A stretch of DNA of 64,000 nucleotides, taken from Polymyxa betae A26-41. Lineage: Eukaryota; Protista; Endomyxa: Phytomyxea. Of this stretch, positions 51,679 to 64,000 are shown in pieces. A program made the translations under genes and the position numbers. How positions within the stretch are numbered: position 1 is the first letter of the stretch; each line of letters begins with the position of its first letter. The stretch spans positions 209-64,208 of the forward strand of contig RBZT01000853.1 in the NCBI GenBank assembly GCA_003693705.1, given 5' to 3'. The notes below the pieces were generated by a model. It saw only the letters and a program-made list of their open reading frames with translations. It was not told where the DNA came from and did no database searches.

Positions 51679-53500
51679 ATGACTGATAATAGTTCATTTA
51701 TGGATGACGCCAATATCCAGCTAGAAACTCTACATCGTCAGGTTTTTGCTCTTGCCAAGCAATCACGAGCACGAAGTGCTGTCCCATGGAATTCAATTCA
51801 GAGATCACGTATGCAGAAGGCCGCCATCGTTGAGATGGAAGATGATGCCAGCCTGGCCCGATTTGATATTGATATAACCGGAAACCAGGTCAAGGCGTTG
51901 ACCGGACGACATCCTGGCGCCAATCGACGACAGATCGCTGATCTCATGCATCGGTTACGTGATGCCGATGCCATTGGCGTGTACGCCCGTCGGCAAGGGT
52001 TGCGCATCGTGGATGAGATCAACGAACAGATCGCCGACCTGATCGATAAGATTGAGAAACGAATGGTGCTTGTTGATCATGATGATCGTATGCCAAGATC
52101 AAAAGCATCACAAAGACGTGCTCATTATTTAGCTGTATTGGATGATCGACTGGATAAATCGAGGTCCACAATTGCTTATACTTGTTTTGGCTTTTCTTCT
52201 CCGTTTATATTCGTTTCTCCCCCTTGTTTGTTGATCTTTCATACAGCAAAAATCTGTCACGACGTGTTGTTTTGGTTCTCACAGTTTACTCAATTTCGAG
52301 CAGGAGATGGAACAACGAACTTCGAACGCAGAACGCTGCCCTTCGTCAGGATATCGATGGGCTCAATCTGGAACGCCGCACCGACCTGGCCATGCTGGCC
52401 CGCCTGGGCGACGCCGTCGTCGAGCAGCGGGTCGCGATTCGGACGCTGTTGGACGGCATACAGCAGGCCGAGCTGGGCCAGAACGCCGCTCTGGGTGAAC
52501 TGGCCCCCTTGGAGACCCAACACAGAGCCGAAGCACAAACGTTCGCTGCGGGTTGGGCCAGGACGGCTGAACTTGATGAGCGGCATCGCGCTCTTGAGCA
52601 AGAAATCATTCGAATGAAGGTACTTTTGGGTTCTTCAGCTTGTTGCGTTTGTCTACTCAACAATCGGCTCTGTAGGGCGAAATGTATTTTGGTGAAAGTG
52701 GCCATACTGATCCAGATGATGCAGCTCAGGATATCATGTCTCGTACTGCCTGGCGTATCGGTAAAGACAAGGCTATGCTACAGGCTGTAACAGCTCGACA
52801 TAAACAACTTCAAGGTTTAGTTCAGGATCTTCAACGACTTACAAGCACCACCAATTTCGATGAAATCGTGGCACGGCTGGAACGGGCCGATTCCGATCAG
52901 CTAGTCCAGTACGGCACGTTGCAATCGCTGATCGTCGAGCTGGCCGAACTGCAACGTGAGATGGTGAAATCCACAGGCTCGGAGCCTGGCAAACGCCCTC
53001 CTAGCCCACGAGCCATCGTAATACCGGACCCGGAACAACTAGAGAACGAAGCTGTCAAACTAAGAGGGATATTCACATCAATGACAGATATGATGATTGA
53101 TATGATGGAGAGATTGAGGTTATCTGGTGTATCACTGTGTTCAGAAGCAATTAGAAATGGGTAAGATTACAGCCGAGATTCTTTAATTTTTATTTGACCT
53201 TTTGCACGCTCTGGAAGTACAGAAATTATTGACTTCTGTTCGTTTTGGGGGGACCATACGTGTCGGTTCTTATAGAGTAACTGTAGAGTAATGACGGTTG
53301 GTGTAACCGCTCAGAATATCGAATCAATTGTTGCTGGTCTCGAGGATGATATCATAACATTACTGAATCGATTGGGAATGCCGAATAAAGTAGGTATCGA
53401 TCCTGGATGGAAAGATCCAGATAATGTTGAGGATACATTATGTGTTATGTTACCATCTCTACATCAATATATTGATGATGATGATATCGATATCAGATAG
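51679..53500 (+). CDS. Coiled-coil protein, outer dynein arm docking complex (ODA-DC/CCDC114-like)
   Basis: Long heptad pattern. LTSTTNFDEIVARLERADSDQLVQYGTLQSL and VTAQNIESIVAGLEDDI resemble conserved ODA-DC blocks (recalled, not aligned). Start is uncertain. Confidence 0.55.
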
Positions 53501-53705
53501 CATAATAAACCCTAACACTATCTACACCTCTGAAACCTACGACTGATCGGTGCAGCTGCAGACATTTCGATTTCCAGTGAGCCTTCTTCGTTCTTTAAAA
53601 GATTATGGGTCCAACCAAGCAAAGTCCGTGACGGACCTGGTCCATTGCGGAGCCTCTATATCACCAAGATTGATCAGAAAGAGAGCTCCTGTTGAGGGCT
53701 TTGTG

Positions 53706-56700
53706 ATGGGGCTGGATAGGGGCCAGCAGCCCTGGGCCGATGCCCTCTTCCCTCAAGATAAACATCAGAAGGCACCATTAGACCGTCCTATATCGTCCTT
53801 ACAAGATAAATGGCTACTTCTGCCTGCTTTCTTGAAGGTCCGTGGTCTTGTCCATCAACATATTGCATCATTCGACTATTTCGTTAACAAAGAGATGCAT
53901 GATATTATGATGGCTAATCAGACTGGTAACGAAATGCTACCGAGACGTACGTTACCGCTCATGCCATGATACCAGTCACTTGTGATGCCGATCCATCGTT
54001 CTTCTTACGTTATACCGGAATCAATGTGGGCATGCCATGTGCAGGTCTCTCATACTGACATCTCACTGTCCAACGTATCGTTACCTGAAACGTGAATAGA
54101 TGACGATCTCATGTCCGCTACTCGTGTTACACCCAATGAATGTCGATTACGTAACATGACATACAGTGCTCCGATTACGGTGCGTACTGACCCACTTTAA
54201 TAGTCGACCTCCAGTGATTTTGATTTGTTGATTCATATTCATGTCGCAATTGGATTTTGCTTCATTTAAACGCAAGTTTGACGAGCTTTTTATTGGGCCT
54301 GGTGCTGTTTGAAGTTTTGAGAGACTAAAGACACAATGATTAGGTTGATGTGGAATACACACGAGGACGTCAGCTGGTACGACGAAAGGGCGTTACGATT
54401 GGAAAGATGCCCATCATGTTACGATCCAGTAAATGCGTTCTGACAAGAAAATCACACGAGGTTGATCATCGTGATCCGCTTGATTATCAGCGGTGCCTAA
54501 ATTACTTGACAGGCATTGTCTAAACTAAAGGAATGTCCTCATGATCCTGGTGGCTATTTTGTATGTAAAGGTGCTGAGAAGGTCATTCTCATTCAGGAGC
54601 AGCTTTCTAAGAACAGAATCATTCTGGAATCTGATTCCAAAACTGGTACGCTGCCATTCCCCAATCTGTTTGATTCACTTTTCCAAAACCTCTTTAAATC
54701 GTCGAGATCGAACAATTATCCTCTTGTTGCTTTCCGTAAAGAGAAAAATGCTGTTCGATTCTGGATCGTTTTCCGCGTTTGGTTACACCGACTGGTCTCG
54801 TATTTAGGAGTGGTGAACGCCTCGATCACGTCGTCGACGCACGAACGGAAATCAAAGACCGATATCTACATGAAAAAGAACAGAATTCTGCTGAAGCATA
54901 ACAGTCTCACTGAAGATATCCCCATCGCTATCGTTCTCAAAGGTAATGATCACCTCTGATGCGGTGCTGGCCCGGGCTCTGTGTCTTCATCGCTAACTGC
55001 TGCTGCAGCTATGGGTATCGAGACCGATCAGCAGGCTCTGCAAATGATCGGAAGCGAACATTGCTCACAGTTTATACCCTGTCTCGAAGACGCCAAATCC
55101 AACAAGGTCGCCTATCTGCAAAATTTGTTGTTTAGTGTTGATCGACCTTCTCATTGTTTCTTTGTTGAAAATGTTTCATTTTACGATAACTTTACGCGCT
55201 GAAGCCGAATGGCTATTTGCAGGTTTTCACCTCGCTTCAAGCATTGGAATATATTTCATCACGAGTTCGTGTGTCGGGTCAGCGCCGGTTTGGAAAGTCG
55301 TCACGAATCGACGAAGCTCGAGAGGCGCTGGCCACTCTGGTCCTGTGTCATGTTCCGGTCGTACAATACGACTTCCTTCTGAAATCCATCTATGTTGCCT
55401 ATATCATCCGTCGCCTCATTCATGTCTCCAATGATCCCAAACTGGTACAGTTTATCAGCAATAATATGCTCGGTTTCTCATACAAAATTGTGTACTAGGT
55501 TGATGATAAGGATTACTATGGTAACAAGCGATTAGAATTGGCTGGTCAGCTACTATCGCTGTTATTTGAAGATTTATTCAAGAAGTTCAATTTCGAACTA
55601 TCCCGACATGCAACTGCCGTTCTATCGAAACCAACTCGAGCTGAACAATTCGATGTACTGAAATGTATTCGATTGGATACTATAACTCAGGGAATGAATA
55701 TCGCTATATCAACTGGCAACTGGAAAGTCAAACGATTCCGAATGGATCGAGCTGGTGTGACACAGGTCATTAGGGTCCAACCCTAAACCCTAACTATTTC
55801 TGATATTATTCCCAGGTTCTAACTAGACTCAGCTTCATCTCTGCTCTCAGTACGATGACCCGAATCACATCGCAATTCGAGAAAACGCGAAAAATCTCAG
55901 GTGCGGTTGACACCCGAATCTTCAATATTGCACGTGCGCTGAGCTCGTCGCCGTCGTACAGGTCCACGTTCGCTGCAGCCGTCGCAATGGGGGATGTTGT
56001 GCCCATCGGACACGCCCGAAGGTGAATCCTGTGGTCTCGTCAAGGTTCGTACCAGGATTGCCGTACTGGCCCTGTTCCCCGCTGATTCGTCGTTGTAGAA
56101 TTTGGCTCTGCTGTCGCATATCACAACCGATACGGAATCTGGGCCCGTCGTACGTGTGCTGTTCGCATTGGGCGTTGAAGACATCCAGCTGGGTAAGAAT
56201 GTCAGCTGCGTTTAGGCTCTGATCTTAGAGCGGCTAGTGTCTGGTGCTGAACATCTTGCTGGTGGTCATATCGTGTTCCTGAACGGTCTCGTGATCGGTG
56301 TCCATCTCAATGTTCAGCAGCTGGTTCGTGATGTTAGACGTTTGAGACGTCGCGGATTCGTTCATGAATTCGTCTCCATTTATGAGGATTTCGTACAGGT
56401 CAGTGACAGCTTTTGAGGGTTTCCTCGTTTTCCGGTTCTTTTTAGTTTATTGTTTCGTTCATATCAAGATTTCTCTTTCATATAATCCAGCTGTTTCTCA
56501 CTGACAATCACTGGATAGCGTACTGTTTCGATATCAACTGATGGAGGACGTATTTGTCGTCCGTTATTGATCGTCGAGAATGGCAGATTATTGCTAACCC
56601 AGCGAGATATCGAAGACCTTCGCCGAGGTATTCGTTATTGCCATCTTCCTCGTATTATGCTTTTATCCCATGGCTCAGGCGTGCTGGAATTCTCCGATTT

Positions 56701-59161
56701 CCTCAAACGTGGCATTGTCGAATATCTTGACGTTAACGAGGAGAATAACAGTTTCATTGCATTGAATGAGACGGAGATTAGACCAGAAGTTACTCATGTT
56801 GAAATCGATCCCATGACGATTCTTGGTGTTGCTGCAGGTTCGTCCATCAGTTTTTTTTGTTGTTTTTCAACGGCTTTTGATCTGCGAACCATCGATTTTA
56901 TGCTCTGTTTAACAAAGATCTCGTTAGGTCTGATTCCATATCCACATCATAATCAGAGTCCTCGTAACACTTACCAATCAATCATGGTCGGTTTCTATCA
57001 ATTGTTGCCTATCAAATCTGATTGGGTTTGGTGTTAGGGTAAGCAAGCTATTGGTGCAATCTCATACAATCAATATCTTCGTATTGATACTCTCCTGTAT
57101 CTTCTGGTTTATCCTCAAAGACCTCTCTGTAAAACGCGCTCCATTGAGCTCACCGGGTAAATTTCCATTATTTGATCGTTGCTTGCTTCAAAATCTTCGT
57201 TTAGTCAAATTTGCTCTTTGATATCTGTTTGATTCATTTCTGGATATTTCCGGGTTTCTCTCAATATTGCTTTATTCGAGTTTGCTTCTAAGCAATCGCT
57301 TTATCAGGTATGAAAATCTTCCAGCCGGTCATAATGCCACGGTTGCAGTTATGTCGTATTCCGGTTACGATGTTGAGGATGCCATCGTCCTGAACAAGGT
57401 CAAAATGCTTAACAATTATCGAATATCATTCGATTTGATGCTTCGTTCAGGCATCACTGGATCGCGGCTTCGGTAGATGTATGGTGTTCAGGAAATACGA
57501 GACCATGATGAAGAGGTATTCATGTTTCCCGATTCTGCCGCATTGTTCAGTTTTGTGCTCGCTAAAACATTCTACCAATCGATCGCATCTTTCCCTTTAA
57601 CGCCGATGTTGAACGTTTCAAATCATCTGCCGTCGTTTAACTTCTCAATCAAGTTGTTTTGTCTCTTTGTCATTCATGGCCTTTTAGGTATCCAAATGGA
57701 ACCACAGATCGTATTGTTGGCCCTCCCGACCATCTCGTATCTCCGAGAGATGACAAATTCCACGCCCTTGATAAGGACGGGATCTGTCATGTTGGTTCCA
57801 GAGTCTGCTAATTGGTCAAAACGCTTTTTGTATTGCTGATCGGGTCTCCATCGCGCAGGTACTGGCCCGCGACACGCTTGTCAATAAACAGTCGCCGATC
57901 AATATGATGGATCCCACGAATCGTCCCGACTCTCTGACTGATGCTCAATATCAGGTCGAACCGTTATTCAGAGGGTTTTTGCATCATTCTAAACGAAGCT
58001 GCTTTTAGAATTCACCTCTGACATTTAGCGGTCCTGGTATAACCGCTGTTGATCAAGTCTGTCTCACATCGAACGAGAGCGATCACTTCCTCATCAAAGT
58101 CCTGATGCGTTCGACACGTCGCCCGGAATTAGGTCAGCCAAATTCACTCTCAAACCGAACTCGCTTTCAACTTATGACTTAGGTGATAAGTTCTCATCTC
58201 GACATGGTCAGAAGGGTGTTTGTGGTGTCATCGTCCGTCAGGAAGATCTTCCATTTAGTGAACGTGGTATATGTCCTGATATTATCATGAATCCACACGG
58301 TTTGCAATGATTGGTTGCTCTCCTTCTTCTTCATTCATTGGTGGTCGTTAGGTTTCCCAAGTCGTATGACTGTTGGTAAAATGATCGAGCTAATGGCCGG
58401 CAAAGCCGGCGTCATGACTGGTGACTTCAAATACGGGACAGCTTTTGGTGGTGATAAAGTCAAAGATCTGTCTGAGATTCTGGTCAAATGCGGGTTCAAT
58501 TATCATGGTCGTGATATTCTGACATCTGGTATCACTGGAGAGACCATGAATGTTTATATTTACATGGGACCTATCTACTATCAGAAGCTGAAACACATGG
58601 TACGATTTTCATTATTGAAATTCAACTTTCTTTTCAAAAGTTGTTGGCAGCAAGTTGTTTACTTTTTCATTGTTAACTGAACGGCTTTGAAGGTTATGGA
58701 TAAGATTCATGCACGTGCTCGGGGACCAAGAGCAGGTCTTACTCGTCAACCAACCGAAGGTCGATCAAGGGAAGGTGGTCTTCGTCTGGGTGAAATGGAA
58801 CGTGATTGTCTTATCGGATATGGTGCATCGATGCTGTTGCAAGAGGTCGGTTGTTTCTATTCTTCGTTCACACCCGGGCTTGACGTGCTCCCACAGCGTC
58901 TGATGTTATCGTCAGATAAATTCACGGTTCATGTCTGCCAAGAATGTGGGTTAATTGGATATAGAGATAAATCTGGCAATATTCATTGTCCTCATTGCAG
59001 ATCCGGGGACCAGGTTGGCGCTCTCCACCAATGGGTAGATTGTCTTGTTGACATGTCTGTCACAGGTAGTAATGCTACAGATTCCATACGCCTGCAAGCT
59101 GCTTTTCCAAGAATTACAAGCCATGAATATCATTCCAAAGCTTCAACTTGAAAACTTGTGA
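53706..59161 (+). CDS. RPC2: RNA polymerase III second-largest subunit
   Basis: Pol III-type [102 protein letters not shown]. Confidence 0.98.
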
Positions 59162-59343
59162 AAATGTCATTTCTTTCTGGCCCAATGATCGTTCGATTTA
59201 TGCAAGCTTTTTATGTCAATAGGCCTATTTTTCAAGACTAAAATAATGATTGGGAACCGAAGATATTTACAATGAGTGTTGCTTTTATTTTAATGGTTTG
59301 TTTGCGGTATGCTTCAACTAAGCATTGATAACCAGTTTGTTGC

Positions 59344-59763
59344 TCAATCGATACGGATGAGGTTGGCGTTCTCTCTCCTCTCGAGTTTAGGAATATCAAT
59401 CTTTAAGATGCCATTATCGAACTTGGCGCTGATATTAGCGGAATCGACATCTTTTGGCAGGCGAATTTGTCGGGAATAGTGGCCATATGTTCGCTCCGAG
59501 AAATGAACATGTTCGTCAGACCCAGTCTGCTCTTCTTTATGTTCAGCAGATACCATCAGGACACCGTTTTCGAAGCTAATCTTCATTTCCTCTTTCTTAA
59601 TTCCCGGTGCTTCAACAATCAGCTCATATTCTTTGGGACGCTCCTTCAGCTCCATCTTCATGCTGGGGGATGTAGTCGTGCCTTGGACGGCCCTTTTCCT
59701 GGAATCATTCCCGAACAGTTGTCGGTCCAGTTCACGATGGAAGTCGAACAGAGATAGTGACAT
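59344..59763 (-). CDS. Small heat shock protein HSP20
   Basis: Alpha-crystallin domain: EAPGIKKEEM, ERTYGHYSRQIRLP, ISAKFDNGILKI.IPK. Confidence 0.96.
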   Translation of the reverse strand: MSLSLFDFHRELDRQLFGNDSRKRAVQGTTTSPSMKMELKERPKEYELIVEAPGIKKEEMKISFENGVLMVSAEHKEEQTGSDEHVHFSERTYGHYSRQIRLPKDVDSANISAKFDNGILKIDIPKLERRENANLIRID

Positions 59764-59841
59764 TTTGTTGAACGATCAAATTTGTATCTGATCAAATGAT
59801 GTGATGTGATCGCTGCTTAAATTCTTGCCTGCTCCATGCTC

Positions 59842-59991
59842 GGAACCTTCTTAGATACTTCCGCAGAACATTCCGCTACGACAACCTTGACATAAGAATC
59901 ATCCGGTCGCCTACTGTCATGCTAGGGTTTTCTGACTGATGTTAGGGTTTCTTGACTGAGGTCAGAATGTTCTGTTGTTTCTAAGATACTT
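59842..59991. promoter_or_regulatory. Shared bidirectional HSP20 promoter with heat-shock-element pentamers
   Basis: GAAnnTTC at 59843 (GAACCTTC), 59866 (GAACATTC) and 59965 (GAATGTTC), between two head-to-head HSP20 genes. Confidence 0.7.
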
Positions 59992-60103
59992 TACATGACA
60001 GAGTTGATTGTCTGGAATCTCATTAAGATGACGCATGACAGGATTTAAGCGCGAATCGTATCTCGGTTTCAGCCAGATTTCAAATACATCGATTAACAAT
60101 CAA

Positions 60104-60520
60104 ATGTCACTTTCATTGTTTGACTTCCACCGTGATTTGGACCGACAGCTGTTCGGCAATGACGTTTGGGCGAGAGCCGCTCAAGGCACTACATCGCCCT
60201 GTATGAAGATGGAACTCAAGGAACGCCCCAAGGGATACGAATTAGTCGTTGAAGCTCCTGGAGTTAAGAAGGAAGAAATGCAGATCAGCTTCGAGAATGG
60301 CGTTCTGATGGTATCTGCTGAACACAAAGAAGAGAAGACTGGCTCAGACGAACGTGTTCATTTCTCAGAGCGAACCTATGGTCACTACTCTCGGCAGATT
60401 CGTCTTCCAAAGAACGTTGACGCATCGAACATCAGTGCCAAATATGAGAATGGTGTCCTCAAAGTTGAAATCCCCAAAACTGAAAAAAATCCCAGTGCTA
60501 ATTTGATCAAAATCCAGTAA
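60104..60520 (+). CDS. Small heat shock protein HSP20 (paralogue)
   Basis: Same MSLSLFDFHR start at ATG 60104 and an alpha-crystallin domain highly similar to the 59344-59763 copy. Confidence 0.96.
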   Translation: MSLSLFDFHRDLDRQLFGNDVWARAAQGTTSPCMKMELKERPKGYELVVEAPGVKKEEMQISFENGVLMVSAEHKEEKTGSDERVHFSERTYGHYSRQIRLPKNVDASNISAKYENGVLKVEIPKTEKNPSANLIKIQ

Positions 60521-61163
60521 ATGACATCTAATAATAATACAAAATTAACTTAAACCTTTTTCAATACAAAAATTGGAACTTCAAAAGTAGATCAGACAGA
60601 CTTGGTTTGAGTTCAGTTCAGCAAACTGTACAGGTAGTCAATTAACGAGCGGGGGTCGCCTCAAACCTAAAACCGTTCTGGATGTGACGTTAATTCACAA
60701 AAAAATCAGTCCTTGCATGATTTCTGATTCCTGCGGTTAATGTCTGATCTGAAGAGGTTACGACTCTCCCTAATATCAAAAAAAGCAATAGCAGCGACAT
60801 TAGATGGTGACAGATCGGGGTAATAGTACTTATTGCTGGAAGGGTAAACTTGCAATGTTGAAAGTGCAGATGATTAGTTTATTGAAATGCATAATTTCCA
60901 AGATATCACAATTGCATAGTATCAGGCGAAATCTCTCAACCCTCGAAGTCAAGCAGGCGCTCTTGGTAAAATGTAACGTTATTTTGCCGTTTCTTCCGCT
61001 TCAGTCTTTATAGTCTGTGATTACGAATATGACACAGGCACCGAGGCACGAGCCTGCAGAAGCAGCAATCGGCGGTATGGCGCGGTTTCTGCCAAGCAGG
61101 GCCAGGATAACGGCACGCGTCCTGGGCGTGCTGTAATGTCACCATTGCTGGAAGGTGCGGCCA

Positions 61164-64000
61164 ATGATGAAGGCTTGGATTCTGCTGTCGCTGTGTGCGC
61201 TTGGCATAGCGTTGCAATATCCGGCGACCTTCACGTTAGTCAATTTGAATGGCAAGATCGACGATTTGGACAAGAAACGACGCAGCGTTTTGACCGGGCT
61301 CGGATCGTTAAGTGATTGTGCAGATGCTTGTACTGCAGATTCTTCTTGTCAATCTGTAATGTGGCTTACGAATAGCTCACTCTGTCATACATTCTCGCTC
61401 CGGCCGTGTCAAGTCGATACCGATTTCGGTACCGATTCAGGAGTGATCCTGGAAAAAAGCTCAGACGTCTCTATTGCCCAAAATTTCGTCCCATTTCAAG
61501 CCGTCTCTTGCGGTAATGATTGATTCATGTTTGTGTCTCTATGTCACATCGTCGTCTTACTGAAGGTTTCCAGGTCAATATTATGGACATATGGTCAATT
61601 CGTATACTGATCAAGTGACGTTCACGAACAAAATCATCGATCAGGCCACGATCAGTCAAATAAATGCACTCACAACAAAATGCAAAAATCATTGTACAAA
61701 GTAAGGTTGCTGGGTGTCAGTAATTTTACACTTACTTAGCACAGCAGTGCCTCCTGCTCCTCCTACACTTTTGTTGTGAAGGTCACAAGCATTAGTACTA
61801 TTGATGTCGAATGCTCGACATTTTATGACTCTATTTATACCCTTGGTTCTGGCCATGGGGTTTTTTCTAAATCAGCTAGCGATTGTGGTCTCTCTGCCAC
61901 AACTTATGGTATCATTGGTGATGCCATATCAAGAGTCAATTGTGGCGTACAGCAGCGGACGTCACCTGTAATTACGACTTTGGCTCCTACGTTCCAATCC
62001 CCTACCAGCTCTGTAGCAATATTTCAGCCCATCTCAATATCTAGCACATCAGCTCCAACTGCAGCGCCTCCTGCCGCTGCTTCTACAGCTCCTTCATCTG
62101 AAGCACAAAAACTGCCTGCTGCTTTAGCTTCTAGTTCGTCCGCAGCTCCGACTGTGGCTCCCTCAGACACTGCTCTCGCTAGTTCTTCCATAACAACCCT
62201 GCCTCCTTCTACATCGGTTGCTTTCGCTTCATCAACTCCTATGACACATTTTTCGACGGCAACTTCACCAAAGGGGACAGCAAAGGCCCCGGCAGCGGCG
62301 TCCTCTGCATCTGTTGCACGCTCGCTGTCAACTGCGCCGCCAAGTAATACTTTCTGGGCAGCCACCTCCACGTTAACAACATCTCCTATCACTTCTTTGC
62401 CGTTTCCGTCATTGAAAGAGACCACAAAACTCTCGCCTTCTACGGTCTCGGAGTCAGTGGCTCCTTCTACAAGTGCTTTGGCGATTGCGTTTTGGCTGGC
62501 GACTACAGCAACTTCCAATCCTACTTCTTCTGCTGGTGTGACTCGTTCTTCAACCTTTACGTCGCCGAAGAAGAGCACGATTGCCCCGGCTGCTGCTGCT
62601 TTGAAAACAACGGTGCCCCCTGCAAGTTCTTGGGTGGCTACTTCTCTGCAGATGCCTGCAGCAGCTTTCAGTGCCAAACCTTCAACACCCGCTACTGGCC
62701 TGCTGACCCAAACGTCTCCGAAGCCGAGTGTCCCGGCAGCAACTTTTTTGTTAACAACAATGCCTGGTTCAAGTTTTTCGACGTCTCCGCTGATGACTAC
62801 AAGCGTCTCACCACCCGCTACTCATTCTTCGACCACAACGTCAAAAATGAGTACTACAACGCCACCAGCTGTCACTTCTTCGGTGGCTGGAAGTTCGTCG
62901 GCGATTTCGTCTCCGTTGGTGACTACAACTGCTCATAGTGCCACTTCATCAGCACCGTCTGCCCAGTCCTTGGCCACGACGTCACCAAATGAGAGTTCAA
63001 CCGCTCCTGGTGCGACTTCCTCGGTGACAACAGCTCCATCAACAAGTTCATCCTCGACTTCGTCTCCACTTGCTACCACCGCCGCTCCCAGTATCACTTC
63101 TTCAGCATTCACTAGTCGTTTTTCTACCTCGGAGTCACCGATGGAGAGTACGATGGCCCCGACGGCCACCTCGTCTGTAACAACGAATCCATTTTCAAGT
63201 TTATCCTCGACTTCGTCTCCGCTGGCGACCACATCCGCTCTCACTGTCACTTCTTTAGCACCAACTAGTCGTTTTTCGACTTCGGCGTCTCCGAAGGACA
63301 GTACGACGTCCCCGGCTACCACCTCGTTGGTGAAAACGAGTTCGTCCTCGACTTCGTCTCCGCTGGCGACCACATCCGCTCCCACTGTCACTTCTTCAGC
63401 ACCAACTAGTGGCTCTTCGACCTCGGCGTCACCGAAGGAAAGTACGACTGCCCCGGTTGCCACCTCGTCTGTGACAACGGCTCCATCCTCAAGTTTATCC
63501 TCGACTTCGTCTCCGCTGGCGACCACATCCGCTCCCACTGTCACTTCTTTAGCACCCACTAGTGGTTCTTCGACCTCGGCATTACCGAAGGAAAGTACGA
63601 CTGCCCCGGTTGCCACCTCGTCTGTGACAACGGCTCCATCCTCAAGTTTATCCTCGAATTCGTCTCCGCTGGCGACCACATCCGCTCCCACTGTCACTTC
63701 TTTAGCACCCACTAGTGGTTCTTCGACCTCGGCATTACCGAAGGACAGTACGACATCCTCGGCTACCACCTCGTTGGTGAAAACGAGTTCGTCCTCGACT
63801 TCGTCTCCGCTGGCGACCACATCCGCTCCCACTGTCACTTCTTCAGCACCAACTAGTGGCTCTTCGACCTCGGCGTCACCGAAGGAGATTACGACGGCCC
63901 CGGATGCCACCTCGTCTGTGACAACGGCTCCATCCTCAAGCTTATCCTCGACTTCGTCTCCGCTGGCGACCACATCCGCTCCCACTGTCCCTGCAAACTC
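61164..64000 (+). CDS. Secreted PAN/apple-domain mucin-like protein (runs off the window end)
   Basis: Signal peptide MMKAWILLSLCALGIA. PAN-like C-x3-C-x5-C motifs: CADACTADSSC and CKNHCTNSASC. Exons 61164-61512, 61574-61700, 61745->64000. The last exon is a Ser/Thr/Pro/Ala-rich frame with no stop that I could see. Confidence 0.8.
62982..64000 (+). repeat. Coding tandem repeat, 153-nt and 141-nt units
   Basis: Unit starts at 62982, 63135, 63288, 63429, 63582, 63735 and 63876. Example unit: SPKESTTAPVATSSVTTAPSSSLSSTSSPLATTSAPTVTSLAPTSGSSTSA. Confidence 0.95.

Noticed and set aside
53706-59161. Non-canonical or minor-class introns
   Set aside because: The junctions traced in RPC2, aldolase, CSE1 and the Na+/H+ exchanger all resolve as GT-AG.
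62024-63985. Long antisense ORFs (217 aa and 350 aa, V/E/G/D/A-rich) and the Cys/Phe-rich + ORF 62492-62938
   Set aside because: These are shadows of the Ser/Thr-rich mucin frame and have no independent features.
62982-64000. CRISPR-like array
   Set aside because: The units are contiguous multiples of 3 nt with no unique spacers, and there are no cas genes.

Overview
Gene-dense eukaryotic DNA with many short (mostly ~45-60 nt) introns; every junction I traced was GT-AG. The compact layout, AAACCCTA telo-boxes and a probable flagellar gene suggest a flagellated protist, plausibly a plasmodiophorid (Phytomyxea); this is inference, not a database match. About 27 protein-coding loci are supportable. 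Housekeeping genes: cytochrome c, UMP1/POMP, class I aldolase, RanBP1, PXMP4, RPL13A, CSE1, BOP1, IST1, a Na+/H+ exchanger, RPC2 and two divergent HSP20s. Surface or secreted candidates: a large PA14 + filamin-repeat protein, a type I membrane protein, and a PAN-domain mucin with a higher-order tandem repeat. Two damaged DNA transposons are present: a two-gene PIF/Harbinger with an in-frame TGA, and a Tc1/mariner-superfamily DDE transposase split by a 1-nt frameshift. I recognised no rRNA, tRNA or CRISPR array. I found no clear novel multi-gene system. The best leads are unusual protein architectures (SHP-box membrane protein, tandem Coa1/Tim21-like protein, GT13 with a Cys-rich tail), a strand-asymmetric C-depleted tract, and the repeat and promoter structures. 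Gene spans include introns and were reconstructed by eye.
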